A stretch of 64,000 bases of DNA from an uncultured Gammaproteobacteria bacterium (lineage in GTDB: Bacteria > Patescibacteriota > Patescibacteriia > Magasanikbacterales > GWA2-37-8). This document shows, piece by piece, positions 1 through 9,817 of this stretch (position 1 is its first letter; the number at the start of each line of letters is the position of its first letter). Both the position numbers and the translations under genes were made by a program. The stretch is taken from positions 42,984 to 106,983 of the forward strand of contig CAYZGX010000001.1 in the NCBI GenBank assembly GCA_964478235.1, in the 5' to 3' direction. The notes below the pieces were generated by a model that worked only from the letters and a program-made list of their open reading frames with translations, ran no database searches and was not told where the DNA came from.

Positions 1-48
1 GTGGGCATAGAAAGAAAAAATTATCGCCCTCCCTGTGTTAGTTATAGC

Positions 49-1215
49 TTATACTATCACATTACGGAGCGCAAGACCAATAGCTGACGACATACGTGGG
101 CCAATAGCGTGTAGAATGGGTTTGAGACTTTCCTGATAGACCACTCTACCCCACGGATCGCCAATATAACAACGCATTTTAAACTTCGTTGCAATATGGT
201 CAGCCAAAAACGGAAACAACGCCGATCCACCGGTAAGAATAATTTTCTCTGGACGTTTATTTTGATTAGCGCTTTGGCGCAAAAATAAATCCAAACTATA
301 TTCCAACTCTTTGAGCACCGGCTCAACAATAGAATTAAATAATTCCAAAAATTGTTCTTTGGTAATTCCGCTATCAGCTGGATTAGCAATCAAGCGAGCA
401 AACATATCACGCTTTAATTGCTCGGTCATAGTGCCTGGCTCAAGTTTCAAAACAGATTCCAAAATAGCATTCATCTTAGCACCACCGCGTTCAATACTAT
501 GGTGGGTAATTGGCACCGCCTGGTCAACAATAAAGAAATTAGTGCGTTGTGCGCCCATATCCACCAAAATAGTAGTGGAAGCATCGCGACCAACAAGCGA
601 ACGAGTGATAGCAATCGATTCTGGCTCGAGCGATTCCAAAGTGAGACCAGCCTGTTGAAAGACTTTAGTATAGAAAACTACCATAGCTCGAGGCACCGCA
701 TTTACCAAAACACGTTGAGACTTGGCCCCAGCTTCGCCAGGCATCACTTGAGAATCAAGCACCATATCTTCTAGAGGATATGGCAACAATTTTTTAATTT
801 CCGCGCGTAAAATACGGTCAAATTCTTCTTTTTTAACAAACGGCATCGTCACAATTGCATGAAACACCGCCGACACCGGCAAGCTAGCTACCGCCGTTGT
901 CGATTGAGTCTTAGCCTGCTTACAAACCGCTCGGAGCATATCGGCATACATGGTAATCTTGCTTTGATCAACCACAATACTCGGAGCAGATTTTCCAGCA
1001 TCCGGCGAACGCATAAACTCATTAGCTTGAATCATTTCGTCAGGCGAAGATGGAACCGTTTTACTGAGCAGCTGATGCACATCGTGATTACCAACAGTAA
1101 AACCGTAGGTAAACAAAACCGGCCGATTCTTTTCGGCTCTCAGTTCGACTACTTTCACACCACCAGCGCCAAGATCGACGCCGAGATATGATTTCGGTTT
1201 GCTAAAAAATGACAT
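49..1215 (-). CDS. pilM: Type IV pilus assembly ATPase-like protein PilM (actin fold)
   Basis: N-terminus MSFFSKPKSYLGVDLGAGGVKVVEL is the classic PilM/FtsA-like start. Length is about 390 aa. Start moved to the internal Met (cat at 1213-1215). Confidence 0.75.
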   Translation of the reverse strand: MSFFSKPKSYLGVDLGAGGVKVVELRAEKNRPVLFTYGFTVGNHDVHQLLSKTVPSSPDEMIQANEFMRSPDAGKSAPSIVVDQSKITMYADMLRAVCKQAKTQSTTAVASLPVSAVFHAIVTMPFVKKEEFDRILRAEIKKLLPYPLEDMVLDSQVMPGEAGAKSQRVLVNAVPRAMVVFYTKVFQQAGLTLESLEPESIAITRSLVGRDASTTILVDMGAQRTNFFIVDQAVPITHHSIERGGAKMNAILESVLKLEPGTMTEQLKRDMFARLIANPADSGITKEQFLELFNSIVEPVLKELEYSLDLFLRQSANQNKRPEKIILTGGSALFPFLADHIATKFKMRCYIGDPWGRVVYQESLKPILHAIGPRMSSAIGLALRNVIV

Positions 1216-1319
1216 AGTTATACATAAGTATACCAAAAAATAACCACTTCAGATAGCCAACTGTTGATAACTCCCGCCAGATAGGCTAGTATACTGAGGT
1301 TATCGTATAACTTCTCTGT

Positions 1320-2687
1320 ATGACCATGCAGCTCTACAACTCTCTATCACGCACCACTGAACCGCTTCACTCTCTCAAAAAAGGGAAAATTACCCTCTAT
1401 ACCTGCGGTCCGACTGTGTATAACTACGCCCACATCGGCAATTTGCGCACCTATGTCTTTGAAGATATTTTAAAACGCACCCTCGCCTACAGTGGCTACA
1501 AGGTAAAGCATGTGATGAACATCACCGATGTCGGACACCTCACCAGCGACGCCGACAGCGGTGAAGATAAAATGGAAAAAGGTTCAGCCCGCGAAGGCAA
1601 AAGCGCTTGGGATATTGCCAAATTCTATACCAAAGCTTTTTTACATGACATTGAAGAATTGAACATCGAACCACCGACCAAACTCCCACGCGCCACCGAT
1701 CACATCAAAGAGCAAATTGCTATTGTAAAGACACTTGAGAAAAAAGGGTTCACCTATACCACCAGCGACGGTGTCTACTTTGACACTGCCAAACTTCCTG
1801 ACTACGGCAAGCTCGCTCGCCTCGACAAAAAAAATCTCCAAGCTGGTCAGCGAGTAGAGATGGGTGACAAAAAAAATCCGACCGATTTTGCTTTGTGGAA
1901 ATTTTCTCCAACCGGAGAAAAACGCCAAATGGAATGGAAAAGCCCTTGGGGTATTGGTTTTCCTGGTTGGCATATTGAATGTTCTGCTATGGCCACCAAA
2001 TATCTAGGCCAGCCGTTTGACATCCACTGCGGTGGCATCGACCACATTCCCGTTCACCACACCAACGAAATCGCTCAAAGCGAGGCTGCTTTTGGCAAAC
2101 CACTCGCTAATCTCTGGATGCATGGCGAATTTCTCCTTATCGGCGATGACAAAATGGCTAAATCTGGCGGTAATTTTATTACTCTACAAACCATCAAAGA
2201 CAAAGGTATTAATCCCCTCGCCTACCGTTTCTTCTTGCTTCAAGCCCACTATCGCAAACAGCTGGCTTTCTCTTGGGAGGCGCTTCAAGCGGCGCAAACT
2301 GGCTTAGAACGGCTCTATCAAGCTGCCCGTCTACTCCCCAAAAAAGGCGCTGATTCTAAAGAACTCACCGCTCAATTCAAAAACCATCTTGAAAATGACC
2401 TAGACACAGCTGGTGCTTTGGCAACCATCTGGACAGCACTCCACAACAAAACCATAGATCTTAAAACGCTACTCATTTTTGATAAAGTGCTCGGTTTGGC
2501 TATTAAGAAAAATCTAAAGGTTGTAAAAATTATTCTGACCGACACAGCAACAAACCTCGCCAAGGAGCGAGACGCTGCGCGCGCTACCAAAAATTGGAGC
2601 GAAAGCGATCGCTTGCGCAAAGAATTAGAGGCTCTCGGCTACACCGTTGAAGATACCAAAGACGGTACGAAAATTAGTAAAAAATAA
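1320..2687 (+). CDS. cysS: Cysteine--tRNA ligase
   Basis: Class I HIGH motif in [27 protein letters not shown] is the KMSKS-type motif. Zinc-binding WHIECSAM segment. Confidence 0.95.
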   Translation: MTMQLYNSLSRTTEPLHSLKKGKITLYTCGPTVYNYAHIGNLRTYVFEDILKRTLAYSGYKVKHVMNITDVGHLTSDADSGEDKMEKGSAREGKSAWDIAKFYTKAFLHDIEELNIEPPTKLPRATDHIKEQIAIVKTLEKKGFTYTTSDGVYFDTAKLPDYGKLARLDKKNLQAGQRVEMGDKKNPTDFALWKFSPTGEKRQMEWKSPWGIGFPGWHIECSAMATKYLGQPFDIHCGGIDHIPVHHTNEIAQSEAAFGKPLANLWMHGEFLLIGDDKMAKSGGNFITLQTIKDKGINPLAYRFFLLQAHYRKQLAFSWEALQAAQTGLERLYQAARLLPKKGADSKELTAQFKNHLENDLDTAGALATIWTALHNKTIDLKTLLIFDKVLGLAIKKNLKVVKIILTDTATNLAKERDAARATKNWSESDRLRKELEALGYTVEDTKDGTKISKK

Positions 2688-2697
2688 TCTAAAAAGA

Positions 2698-2730
2698 GCA
2701 ACCCGACCACCAAAGTGGTCGGGTTTTTTG
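2698..2730 (+). terminator. Rho-independent terminator after cysS
   Basis: Hairpin CCCGACCAC-caaa-GTGGTCGGG followed by TTTTTTG. Confidence 0.8.
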
Positions 2731-2748
2731 CCCTCCTTACTTCACCAC

Positions 2749-2964
2749 CTACACCACAGCCATGCTTGGTTCAGAATGTTGTGCTGGCGTAAAAAGCATC
2801 TCCGGCTCAAAGCACGCATCTCGCGTGTAATCATGCGCCTCTTCATCGCACGAATACACCGGTTCAAACAAGCATTCTTCAGCACCAGCCAAGCTAAGCG
2901 CTCCGAGCATGCCAACCAAAACAGCGAACACTACGCCGACAACTTTATCTCGCGACGTGAACAT
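2749..2964 (-). CDS. Small secreted Cys-containing peptide (hypothetical)
   Basis: 71 aa. N-terminal hydrophobic signal-like segment VVFAVLVGMLGALSLAGA. Twice-repeated C-x-FEP motif (ECLFEP, DACFEP). No homolog recognised. Confidence 0.3.
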   Translation of the reverse strand: MFTSRDKVVGVVFAVLVGMLGALSLAGAEECLFEPVYSCDEEAHDYTRDACFEPEMLFTPAQHSEPSMAVV

Positions 2965-3081
2965 GGCGACGCCTCCTGATTTGGGGTGGATGGTGACACT
3001 ACTATCTCAAAGTATACTCCCCGTTTTAAAAGCGTCAATAAAAAAACCGACTGAAGACACCGGCCGGTTCACTAGAACTTT

Positions 3082-4008
3082 CTATATCCATTCTTTCTTT
3101 TTGAAAATAGCCACCAAAATACCCGCTCCAAAAAGAACGAGGCCTAAAATAACATAAAAACCAAACTGATGACCGATAAATGGCGTACCGCCAGCATGAA
3201 TTGCAAACACCGAAGTGAGCAAAGTTAACGGGAAAGTTACCACCGAAATAACCGTCAGTGTCTTCATCACCTGATTAGTGCGGATCGTCAAAGATGACTC
3301 ATACGCTTCGTGGAGGGCATAAATACTCTCTTTCTGACTTTCGAGCATATGCCAGATCTCCCCATTAGCTTCACGAACATTGTTTAGATACGACTGATAC
3401 ATGGATAAATTGAGATCCTTACCACCATACAATACCAACCGTTCAAAAACTGTTCGGTGCCCCTGCATCGTACGACGAAACGTAACAATATTCGTTTTTA
3501 AACGCAAAATTTCCTGGGTCATTCGCCCTCCTCCTTGCGGAGCAAGCAGTCGGCTGTCCACAGCGGTAATATCTTCATTAATATGAAGCAAGATCGGAAA
3601 AATAGCCTCTTGCAAGCGATTCATCAGCTCAAACAAGACATGAGCTGCCGTTCCACTGAAAAAAGCCTGACGAATTTTCTCATTTTTACGGACTTCTTCA
3701 AAAAAGACTTCGATCGGCAACAAGCTGCCGTCATGAATGGTGACAATATAGCTAGAGTTCAAAAAAACATCGAGCTCGGTGAAATTCAAACGCTTGGTCA
3801 ATCGATCAAACACTGGAAAATGGAGGACAATAAAATAATATCCCTCTCGTTTCACGATTTTTGGACGTTGAAAAGGAGGCAAACACTCCTCAGCATCGCT
3901 TTTGAGAAAACCAAAACGCTTAGCGACCTCAGCCACCTCTTTTTTGTCTTGGCGAGCGACATTCACCCAGAGCAAACCATTCTGTTGTGTCTCGGAAATA
4001 TACTTCAT
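3082..4008 (-). CDS. CorA-family (2-TM-GxN fold) divalent cation transporter with non-canonical filter
   Basis: N-terminal FGF..HFPVF pattern, long coiled region, then two C-terminal TMs ending KKKEWI as in CorA. The position of the YGMNF signature reads FAIHAGGTPF, so GMN is replaced by AIH. Start placed at the Met of MKYISE. Confidence 0.7.
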   Translation of the reverse strand: MKYISETQQNGLLWVNVARQDKKEVAEVAKRFGFLKSDAEECLPPFQRPKIVKREGYYFIVLHFPVFDRLTKRLNFTELDVFLNSSYIVTIHDGSLLPIEVFFEEVRKNEKIRQAFFSGTAAHVLFELMNRLQEAIFPILLHINEDITAVDSRLLAPQGGGRMTQEILRLKTNIVTFRRTMQGHRTVFERLVLYGGKDLNLSMYQSYLNNVREANGEIWHMLESQKESIYALHEAYESSLTIRTNQVMKTLTVISVVTFPLTLLTSVFAIHAGGTPFIGHQFGFYVILGLVLFGAGILVAIFKKKEWI

Positions 4009-4091
4009 GTGAAGAAGTATACCACAAAAACAGTCGCAACAAAATAACACTTGGTGGCGAGATACAATATGTGCTATACTATGCTCATCCT

Positions 4092-4586
4092 ATGGCTATT
4101 GAAATCAACAAAAATCTAGGTGAATTTGCCGACCAACCGCCAGTTGAGCAGTTTGGAACAAAAGAATCTACTCCCGAACAAGAACCGGTCGAATCGTCCG
4201 ATTCTTTTGAGTCTTCCGAAGAACCAAGCGAAACCACCCCTCCCGCTCAACAACCTCAACAACAAACGCCAACTTCTCGACCACAAGTGACCGTCACCAC
4301 CGCCGACGAACTCACAAGACGAGTAGAAAAAATTATGGAGCAAGATTTGGGTGACGCTTTTAGCCATCTCTCCCCGCTCGCCAAACAAGAATTCAAAATA
4401 AAAGGTGAAAAAACTGCTCGCGCTATTCGCACACTTCTTTCAAAAACGACCCTCAAAGTAAAAAAAGTTTTTGAGCTGATTGTCGCTTGGCTCAAACTCC
4501 TTCCTGGAGTCAATCGTTTCTTTTTAGAACAAGAAGCCAAAATCAAAACAGATCGTATTATTGAACTCCACAGTGAATACCGCTAA
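4092..4586 (+). CDS. Hypothetical acidic/Pro-Gln-rich protein, first gene of operon with the T4CP-like ATPase
   Basis: ORF 3987..4586 trimmed to the ATG at 4092, downstream of a TATACT -10 box. Low-complexity EPSETTPPAQQPQQQTP segment. Stop lies 3 nt before the next start. Confidence 0.5.
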   Translation: MAIEINKNLGEFADQPPVEQFGTKESTPEQEPVESSDSFESSEEPSETTPPAQQPQQQTPTSRPQVTVTTADELTRRVEKIMEQDLGDAFSHLSPLAKQEFKIKGEKTARAIRTLLSKTTLKVKKVFELIVAWLKLLPGVNRFFLEQEAKIKTDRIIELHSEYR

Positions 4587-4589
4587 CGT

Positions 4590-7151
4590 ATGTCTTTTAA
4601 CGACATTCTTAACTTACTCGACATTGCCAACTATACCTCGTCGCCTGAGGCACTCCTTCTCCCCCTAGCTATTCTTGGGGGATTAATCATCTGCGTCATA
4701 GCCGGCCTCTTTATTCTCCGCGGAATTTTTCACAGTCGCACCCGTGAGTTTAAAGCTTTTCACAAAACAATTCTGCTCATCAAAGTTCCTAAAGAGCGCA
4801 AGAGCGACGATCAAGGCAAAGCCAGCGAAGATAACCTCAGCCAAGTTCGCGAACAAATTGCTGTGGCTGAAACGCTTTTTTCAGCTGTCTCTGGTCTCAA
4901 AAAAGAAAAAGGTTTTACCGCTTGGCTCAGAGGTAGAAATGATCATATCTCATTTGAAATCGTCACCAAAAACAATACTATCTCTTTTTATGTTGCTGTC
5001 CCAGACAAGCTGAAAGAGTTTGTTGAACAACAGATTCATGCGCAATACCCACATGCTGAAATCACCACCGAAACTGATTACAACATCTTCCAACCACAAT
5101 GCCACATTGTCGGGGCCAACTTGTGGTTCAAACACCAGTCTGCTCTCCCTTTCAAAACTTACAAAAAAATGGAGAGTGATCCACTGGTCGCCATCTTAAA
5201 CCCACTCAGTAAAATCTCTCCAACTCAAGGAGCGGTGGTGCAGTTTATCGTCCGCCCAACCAGCTCATCCTGGCGCTCTGAAGGTGTTCACATCACCCGC
5301 AAAATTAAAGAAGGTCGTCGTTTTGAAGAAGTTGTTGGCGAAACCGGCCTCACCTCATTTTTACGCGGCTTTGGTAAATTTTTTAGCGTTAAATACGAAG
5401 ATAAGCAACAAAAAAACGGCGCTGGCGAACGCTACCAACTCACCCAAACCGAAGAAGACATGGTGAAAACGATTGAAGAAAAACTCAGTCGCGGCGGTCT
5501 TGAAATAACTATGCGCGTGGTGAGTTCAGCTGAAACAGTAGAAAATGCTCAGCTCAATTTAGAAAATATTATCAATGCTTTTAGCCAATACAACATCTAC
5601 CGCTACGGCAATTCACTGACTGCCGCCATTCCAAGCAAACCGTATGATTTAATCCGCGATTCTATTTATCGCTCGTTTGACAACAACCATCACTACGTTC
5701 TCAACACCGAGGAGCTGGCTAGCTTTTGGCATCTCCCCCTTCCTGGCACCGAAACACCACACATCAACTGGCTCGGCGCTCGCAAAGCTCCTCCACCAAC
5801 CAACATGCCAAAAGAAGGTATTATTCTTGGTCGCACCATGTACCGCGGCGAAGAAACGGTTGTTCGTATGAAACGTGAAGATCGACGCCGTCATCTCTAT
5901 ACTGTCGGTAAATCTGGTAGTGGTAAATCTGTCTTTATCCAAAATCTCGCTGTACAAGATATCCAAAATGGCGAAGGGGTTTGTGTTATCGATCCGCACG
6001 GTGATTTTGTGGAATATGTACTTCAACATATCCCAAAAGATCGCGTTGATGATGTTATCTACTTCAACCCTTCCGATACTGATCGCCCAATCGGCCTCAA
6101 CATGCTTGAAGCTGGAAGTGAAGAACAAAAAGATTTCATTACGCAAGAAATGATCTCCATCTTCTACAAATTGGTGACTGATCCAAGTATGATCGGCCCG
6201 ATGTTTGAACACAACATGCGGAACGTCATGTTAACCTTAATGTCTGACGTAGAGAATCCTGGTACCATCGCCGAAATCCCTCGCATGTTCACCGACGACA
6301 CCTTTGTCGCCGAATGGAAGAAAAAACTCACCGATCCAGTTGTGCTCGCTTTTTGGGAAAAAGAAATGGCCAAAACCAGCGACTTCCATAAATCTGAAAT
6401 GCTTGGCTATCTTATCTCCAAAGTTGGCCGCTTCGTTGAAAACAGCATGATCCGAAATATTATCGGTCAAACTCATTCTGGTTTCAACTTCCGCGAAGTT
6501 ATGGATGGCAAAAAAATCTTGCTCGTTAATTTAGCCAAAGGGTTGGTCGGTGAAATTAACGCCAACCTGCTTGGTATGATTATCGTCTCCAAGCTCCAAA
6601 TGGCTGCGCTTGAACGCGCCAGCATCCCCGAAGAAGACCGTCACGACTTCTATTTATATATCGACGAATTCCAAAACTTCATCACCGATTCTATCGCCAC
6701 TATTTTGTCCGAAGCTCGCAAATATCGCCTGGAGCTGGTTATTGCCCACCAATATATGAAGCAATTAGAAGATAATAAAGGCAAAACCACTGTTCGAGAC
6801 GCCGTGCTCGGCAATGCCGGTACCTTGGTCAGTTTCCGTATTGGTACCGAAGACGCCGACATTCTCGCCAAAGAATTTGCCCCTGTCTTTAGCTCCTACG
6901 ACCTTATCAATGTTGAGCAATATACTGCCTATATTAAACTCCTTATTGACAATACAGCGGCTAAACCGTTTAATATGCTCACCTACCCTCCAATCCCGGG
7001 CAATAAAGAGCTGGCTGCCGCTATTAAAGAGCTCTCCCGCCTCAAATATGGCCGTTCACGTGAGCTTGTCGAAGCTGAAATCGCTGAACGCGCCCAACTT
7101 GGAGTGGCAGTGGCTCAGGCTGACAACAGCCCAAATGAGCCAACCCTCTAA
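4590..7151 (+). CDS. Type IV coupling-protein-like membrane ATPase (TrwB/VirD4/TraD AAD-bind family) with large N-terminal domain of unknown function
   Basis: N-terminal TM segment (LAILGGLIICVIAGLFIL). Walker A in YTVGKSGSGKSVF. VCVIDPHGDFVEYV matches the coupling-protein DPKGD box. Walker B in FYLYIDEFQNF. About 400 aa precede the ATPase and are shared with ORF 12767..14167. Confidence 0.75.
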   Translation: MSFNDILNLLDIANYTSSPEALLLPLAILGGLIICVIAGLFILRGIFHSRTREFKAFHKTILLIKVPKERKSDDQGKASEDNLSQVREQIAVAETLFSAVSGLKKEKGFTAWLRGRNDHISFEIVTKNNTISFYVAVPDKLKEFVEQQIHAQYPHAEITTETDYNIFQPQCHIVGANLWFKHQSALPFKTYKKMESDPLVAILNPLSKISPTQGAVVQFIVRPTSSSWRSEGVHITRKIKEGRRFEEVVGETGLTSFLRGFGKFFSVKYEDKQQKNGAGERYQLTQTEEDMVKTIEEKLSRGGLEITMRVVSSAETVENAQLNLENIINAFSQYNIYRYGNSLTAAIPSKPYDLIRDSIYRSFDNNHHYVLNTEELASFWHLPLPGTETPHINWLGARKAPPPTNMPKEGIILGRTMYRGEETVVRMKREDRRRHLYTVGKSGSGKSVFIQNLAVQDIQNGEGVCVIDPHGDFVEYVLQHIPKDRVDDVIYFNPSDTDRPIGLNMLEAGSEEQKDFITQEMISIFYKLVTDPSMIGPMFEHNMRNVMLTLMSDVENPGTIAEIPRMFTDDTFVAEWKKKLTDPVVLAFWEKEMAKTSDFHKSEMLGYLISKVGRFVENSMIRNIIGQTHSGFNFREVMDGKKILLVNLAKGLVGEINANLLGMIIVSKLQMAALERASIPEEDRHDFYLYIDEFQNFITDSIATILSEARKYRLELVIAHQYMKQLEDNKGKTTVRDAVLGNAGTLVSFRIGTEDADILAKEFAPVFSSYDLINVEQYTAYIKLLIDNTAAKPFNMLTYPPIPGNKELAAAIKELSRLKYGRSRELVEAEIAERAQLGVAVAQADNSPNEPTL

Positions 7152-7160
7152 TCTACTTGT

Positions 7161-8765
7161 ATGACCACTATCTACCGAAAGTACCGCCCACAAACATTTT
7201 CTGCCCTGGCTGATCAGGATCATATTGCAACCACTCTTCAAAATGAAATTATCATGGGCACTATCGCCCATGCCTACCTCTTTTCTGGCCCACGCGGTGT
7301 TGGTAAAACCACCTCCGCTCGTTTGCTCGCCAAAGCAGTCAACTGCACCAAGCGAGACAAAAAAAGCGGTGAGCCATGCGATGCCTGCGACATGTGCCAA
7401 GCAATTAGCGCTGGACGTTGTATCGATGTTATTGAAATTGATGCTGCGTCCCAGACCGGCGTTGATAATGTGCGCGAAAATATTATTGACAACGCGCAAT
7501 TCAAACCAACAAGCGCTGCCTACAAAGTCTTCATCATTGATGAAGTCCACATGTTGTCCACCAACGCTTTCAATGCTCTCCTCAAAACACTCGAAGAACC
7601 ACCAGCTCATGTTGTATTTATTTTAGCCACCACCGAGCTCCACAAACTTCCAGCCACAGTCATCTCTCGCTGTCAGCGTTTTCATTTCAAAAAAATCAGC
7701 TACGACAAAATGCTCGCCACCCTCCAAGATATTTGCGCGCAAGAAGAAGTTGATGTAGCCAAAGATGTTCTTGATAGAATCATTATCAAAAGCGATGGTG
7801 GGCTTCGCGATGCCGAAAGCTTGCTCGGACAAGTCTTGTCACTCCATCTCAAAAAAATTACCGCTCGCGATGTCGAGCTTCTTCTGCCAACCTCCAACGG
7901 CGATAGTATTATTGAATTTTTAGAAACAATTATCCGAAAAAAATCTGCCAAAGACGCACTCACTATAGTTCATCGTCAAATCGACGACGGTGTAGCCCCT
8001 GAGCAATTTATTCTAACCGTGCTTGAAGCTCTCCGCGCCATGCTCACCGTCAAAGCTATCGGTGATACCAAACATCTTGATGTTGATTTTAGCACTTCCG
8101 CCCTCGCTACTATCCAAAAACTTGGCGAACTCGTTGACAACCCAGAGCTTATCGCCATGATTGACGCTGGCATCAAGCGCCGCGTCGAAACCAAACAAGC
8201 CCCACTCCCAGAACTACCGCTGGAGCTATTAACCGTTGAGCTTGTTCTTATCGTTGAAAAAAAGCTTCCTCCACCTCAGATAAAAAACGAACCACTACCT
8301 GAGCCAGTCGTGCGGAAAATCACAACAGCAGAAGCAGCTCCAACACAACCTCCAAAAAATACAGCCAAAGCAATTGTCGAAGCACCAACAGCGCCAACCC
8401 CCGCCGCTGAACTACCAAAAACCACCGTTCGCGGAGGTACTGTCACCACCACCATTGAAGATCTCAAAAAACGCTGGAGCGAAGTAATGACGAAAATGAC
8501 CGAAGTCTATCCATCACTCGTTTTGGTACTCAATATGGCTATACCAAAACAAATTGTTGGCGACCAACTTATCTTGAGTGTTCCCTACAGTTTCCACAAA
8601 GATAAGATTGATGAAGGTAAATCTCGCCGTACGCTCGAGAGTGTTTTAGAAGCTTGTTTTAATGAAAAAATTTTTATATCCTGCACTGTTGATGCTGCCC
8701 CTGCCCCAACCGAGAACGTGATAAATGATCTTGCCTTAGCTTTTGGTGGGCAGGTCGTTGAATAG
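7161..8765 (+). CDS. dnaX: DNA polymerase III subunit gamma/tau
   Basis: YRPQTF...LFSGPRGVGKTTSARLLAKAVNC (Walker A plus zinc module CxxC). DEVHML box. SRCQ sensor. Confidence 0.95.
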   Translation: MTTIYRKYRPQTFSALADQDHIATTLQNEIIMGTIAHAYLFSGPRGVGKTTSARLLAKAVNCTKRDKKSGEPCDACDMCQAISAGRCIDVIEIDAASQTGVDNVRENIIDNAQFKPTSAAYKVFIIDEVHMLSTNAFNALLKTLEEPPAHVVFILATTELHKLPATVISRCQRFHFKKISYDKMLATLQDICAQEEVDVAKDVLDRIIIKSDGGLRDAESLLGQVLSLHLKKITARDVELLLPTSNGDSIIEFLETIIRKKSAKDALTIVHRQIDDGVAPEQFILTVLEALRAMLTVKAIGDTKHLDVDFSTSALATIQKLGELVDNPELIAMIDAGIKRRVETKQAPLPELPLELLTVELVLIVEKKLPPPQIKNEPLPEPVVRKITTAEAAPTQPPKNTAKAIVEAPTAPTPAAELPKTTVRGGTVTTTIEDLKKRWSEVMTKMTEVYPSLVLVLNMAIPKQIVGDQLILSVPYSFHKDKIDEGKSRRTLESVLEACFNEKIFISCTVDAAPAPTENVINDLALAFGGQVVE

Positions 8766-8769
8766 TGCT

Positions 8770-9597
8770 ATGAAAAAAATAACTTTTGCCCTAACCAGTC
8801 TAGCGACCATCGCTCTCACCCCACTCACCGCTCACGGCGCCACTGTCGTTGATTTACCAGTGCCACACATCTGGGAAATTCCCGACGGCGTCTGGGTCAA
8901 ACCGTGGAACAACGCCTGCGAGGAAGCGGCAATTGTTATGGTTGAAGATTTTTACCTCAGCCGCGGAGAAGTGAAACTCCCACCAAAAGAAATTAAAGCA
9001 AAACTATGGCCGTTGTTTACTTGGGAAGACAGAATCTTTGGTAGCAATGCCGACACCGACTCGTTTCGCACCAACCGGATTATTAATGAATACAGTTCAT
9101 TTTCTGGTACCGTAAAAAAGAATCCAACCCTACAAGAAATCAAAGCTGAACTCGACGCCGGACGACCAATTATCTCGTTTCATTACGGTTACGGCCTCAA
9201 CAATCCGCATCACCGTTTCCGTCGGGGCGGCTCGTCCTACCATGTCATTGTTTTGACCGGTTATGACGACACCAAACAAGAATTCATGACTAACGACTCC
9301 GAGATGAAAGATGGGCTTGACTATCGCTACCCATATGCTACTATTATGGACACTTTGCATGATTTCGACCACAAACGAATGAAGGCCGACGGAGTGCCGG
9401 TAGTTATCTTTACTGAGCCAAAACAGCTCGTCAAAGCCGAGGGTGGTAGTCGTCTTTTCTTGATTGAAAACGGCACCAAACGCTACATCACCCATCCAAC
9501 TGTTTTCAAAAATCGTCGCTGGTCGTGGAATGCTATAAAAACAATCAGCAAAGCCACCCTTGATGCCTACCCTACCGGGGAAGCTATCAAGCCATAA
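8770..9597 (+). CDS. Secreted papain-fold peptidase C39-like domain protein
   Basis: Signal peptide MKKITFALTSLATIALTPLTAHGA. Candidate catalytic Cys in WNNACEEAA and His in SYHVIVLTGYDD, which is the typical C39-like GHxVVLxGYD signature. Confidence 0.5.
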   Translation: MKKITFALTSLATIALTPLTAHGATVVDLPVPHIWEIPDGVWVKPWNNACEEAAIVMVEDFYLSRGEVKLPPKEIKAKLWPLFTWEDRIFGSNADTDSFRTNRIINEYSSFSGTVKKNPTLQEIKAELDAGRPIISFHYGYGLNNPHHRFRRGGSSYHVIVLTGYDDTKQEFMTNDSEMKDGLDYRYPYATIMDTLHDFDHKRMKADGVPVVIFTEPKQLVKAEGGSRLFLIENGTKRYITHPTVFKNRRWSWNAIKTISKATLDAYPTGEAIKP

Positions 9598-9605
9598 CCA
9601 CCAAT

Positions 9606-9676
9606 TGCCCGATCGTCTAATGGTAGGACAACGGACTCTGAATCCGTTTATCTTGGTTCGAATCCAAGTTGGGCAG
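9606..9676 (+). tRNA. tRNA-Gln (CUG)
   Basis: Acceptor TGCCCGA/TTGGGCA. 3-bp D-stem. Anticodon loop CTCTGAA. T-loop TTCGAAT. No encoded CCA. Confidence 0.8.
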
Positions 9677-9679
9677 CAC

Positions 9680-9815
9680 AGTTTTTTCAGCCTTGACTAC
9701 CGCAGAGTGTCTGGCGACAGGTCTCCCGGAGGGAGCGCCCCTACACGATGAAGCAGTAGTAATTAAAACCGGCTTTAGAGTCAGGTTTTTTATTTTTAAT
9801 AGCGTTAGCTCATAA
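9680..9815 (+). promoter_or_regulatory. Structured leader with terminator hairpin immediately upstream of the TerC gene (candidate Mn/yybP-ykoY-class riboswitch)
   Basis: GC-rich stems (AGGG-agcg-CCCT etc.) followed by AAACC...GGTTT hairpin plus TTTTTTATTTTT. It ends about 25 nt before the terC ATG, which leaves no room for a separate promoter. TerC genes are typical targets of yybP-ykoY elements. The consensus could not be matched by eye. Confidence 0.3.
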
Positions 9816-9817
9816 CT

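Noticed and set aside
7056-7610. 184-aa minus-strand ORF overlapping the dnaX start
   Set aside because: Antisense to dnaX and no motifs. Spurious.
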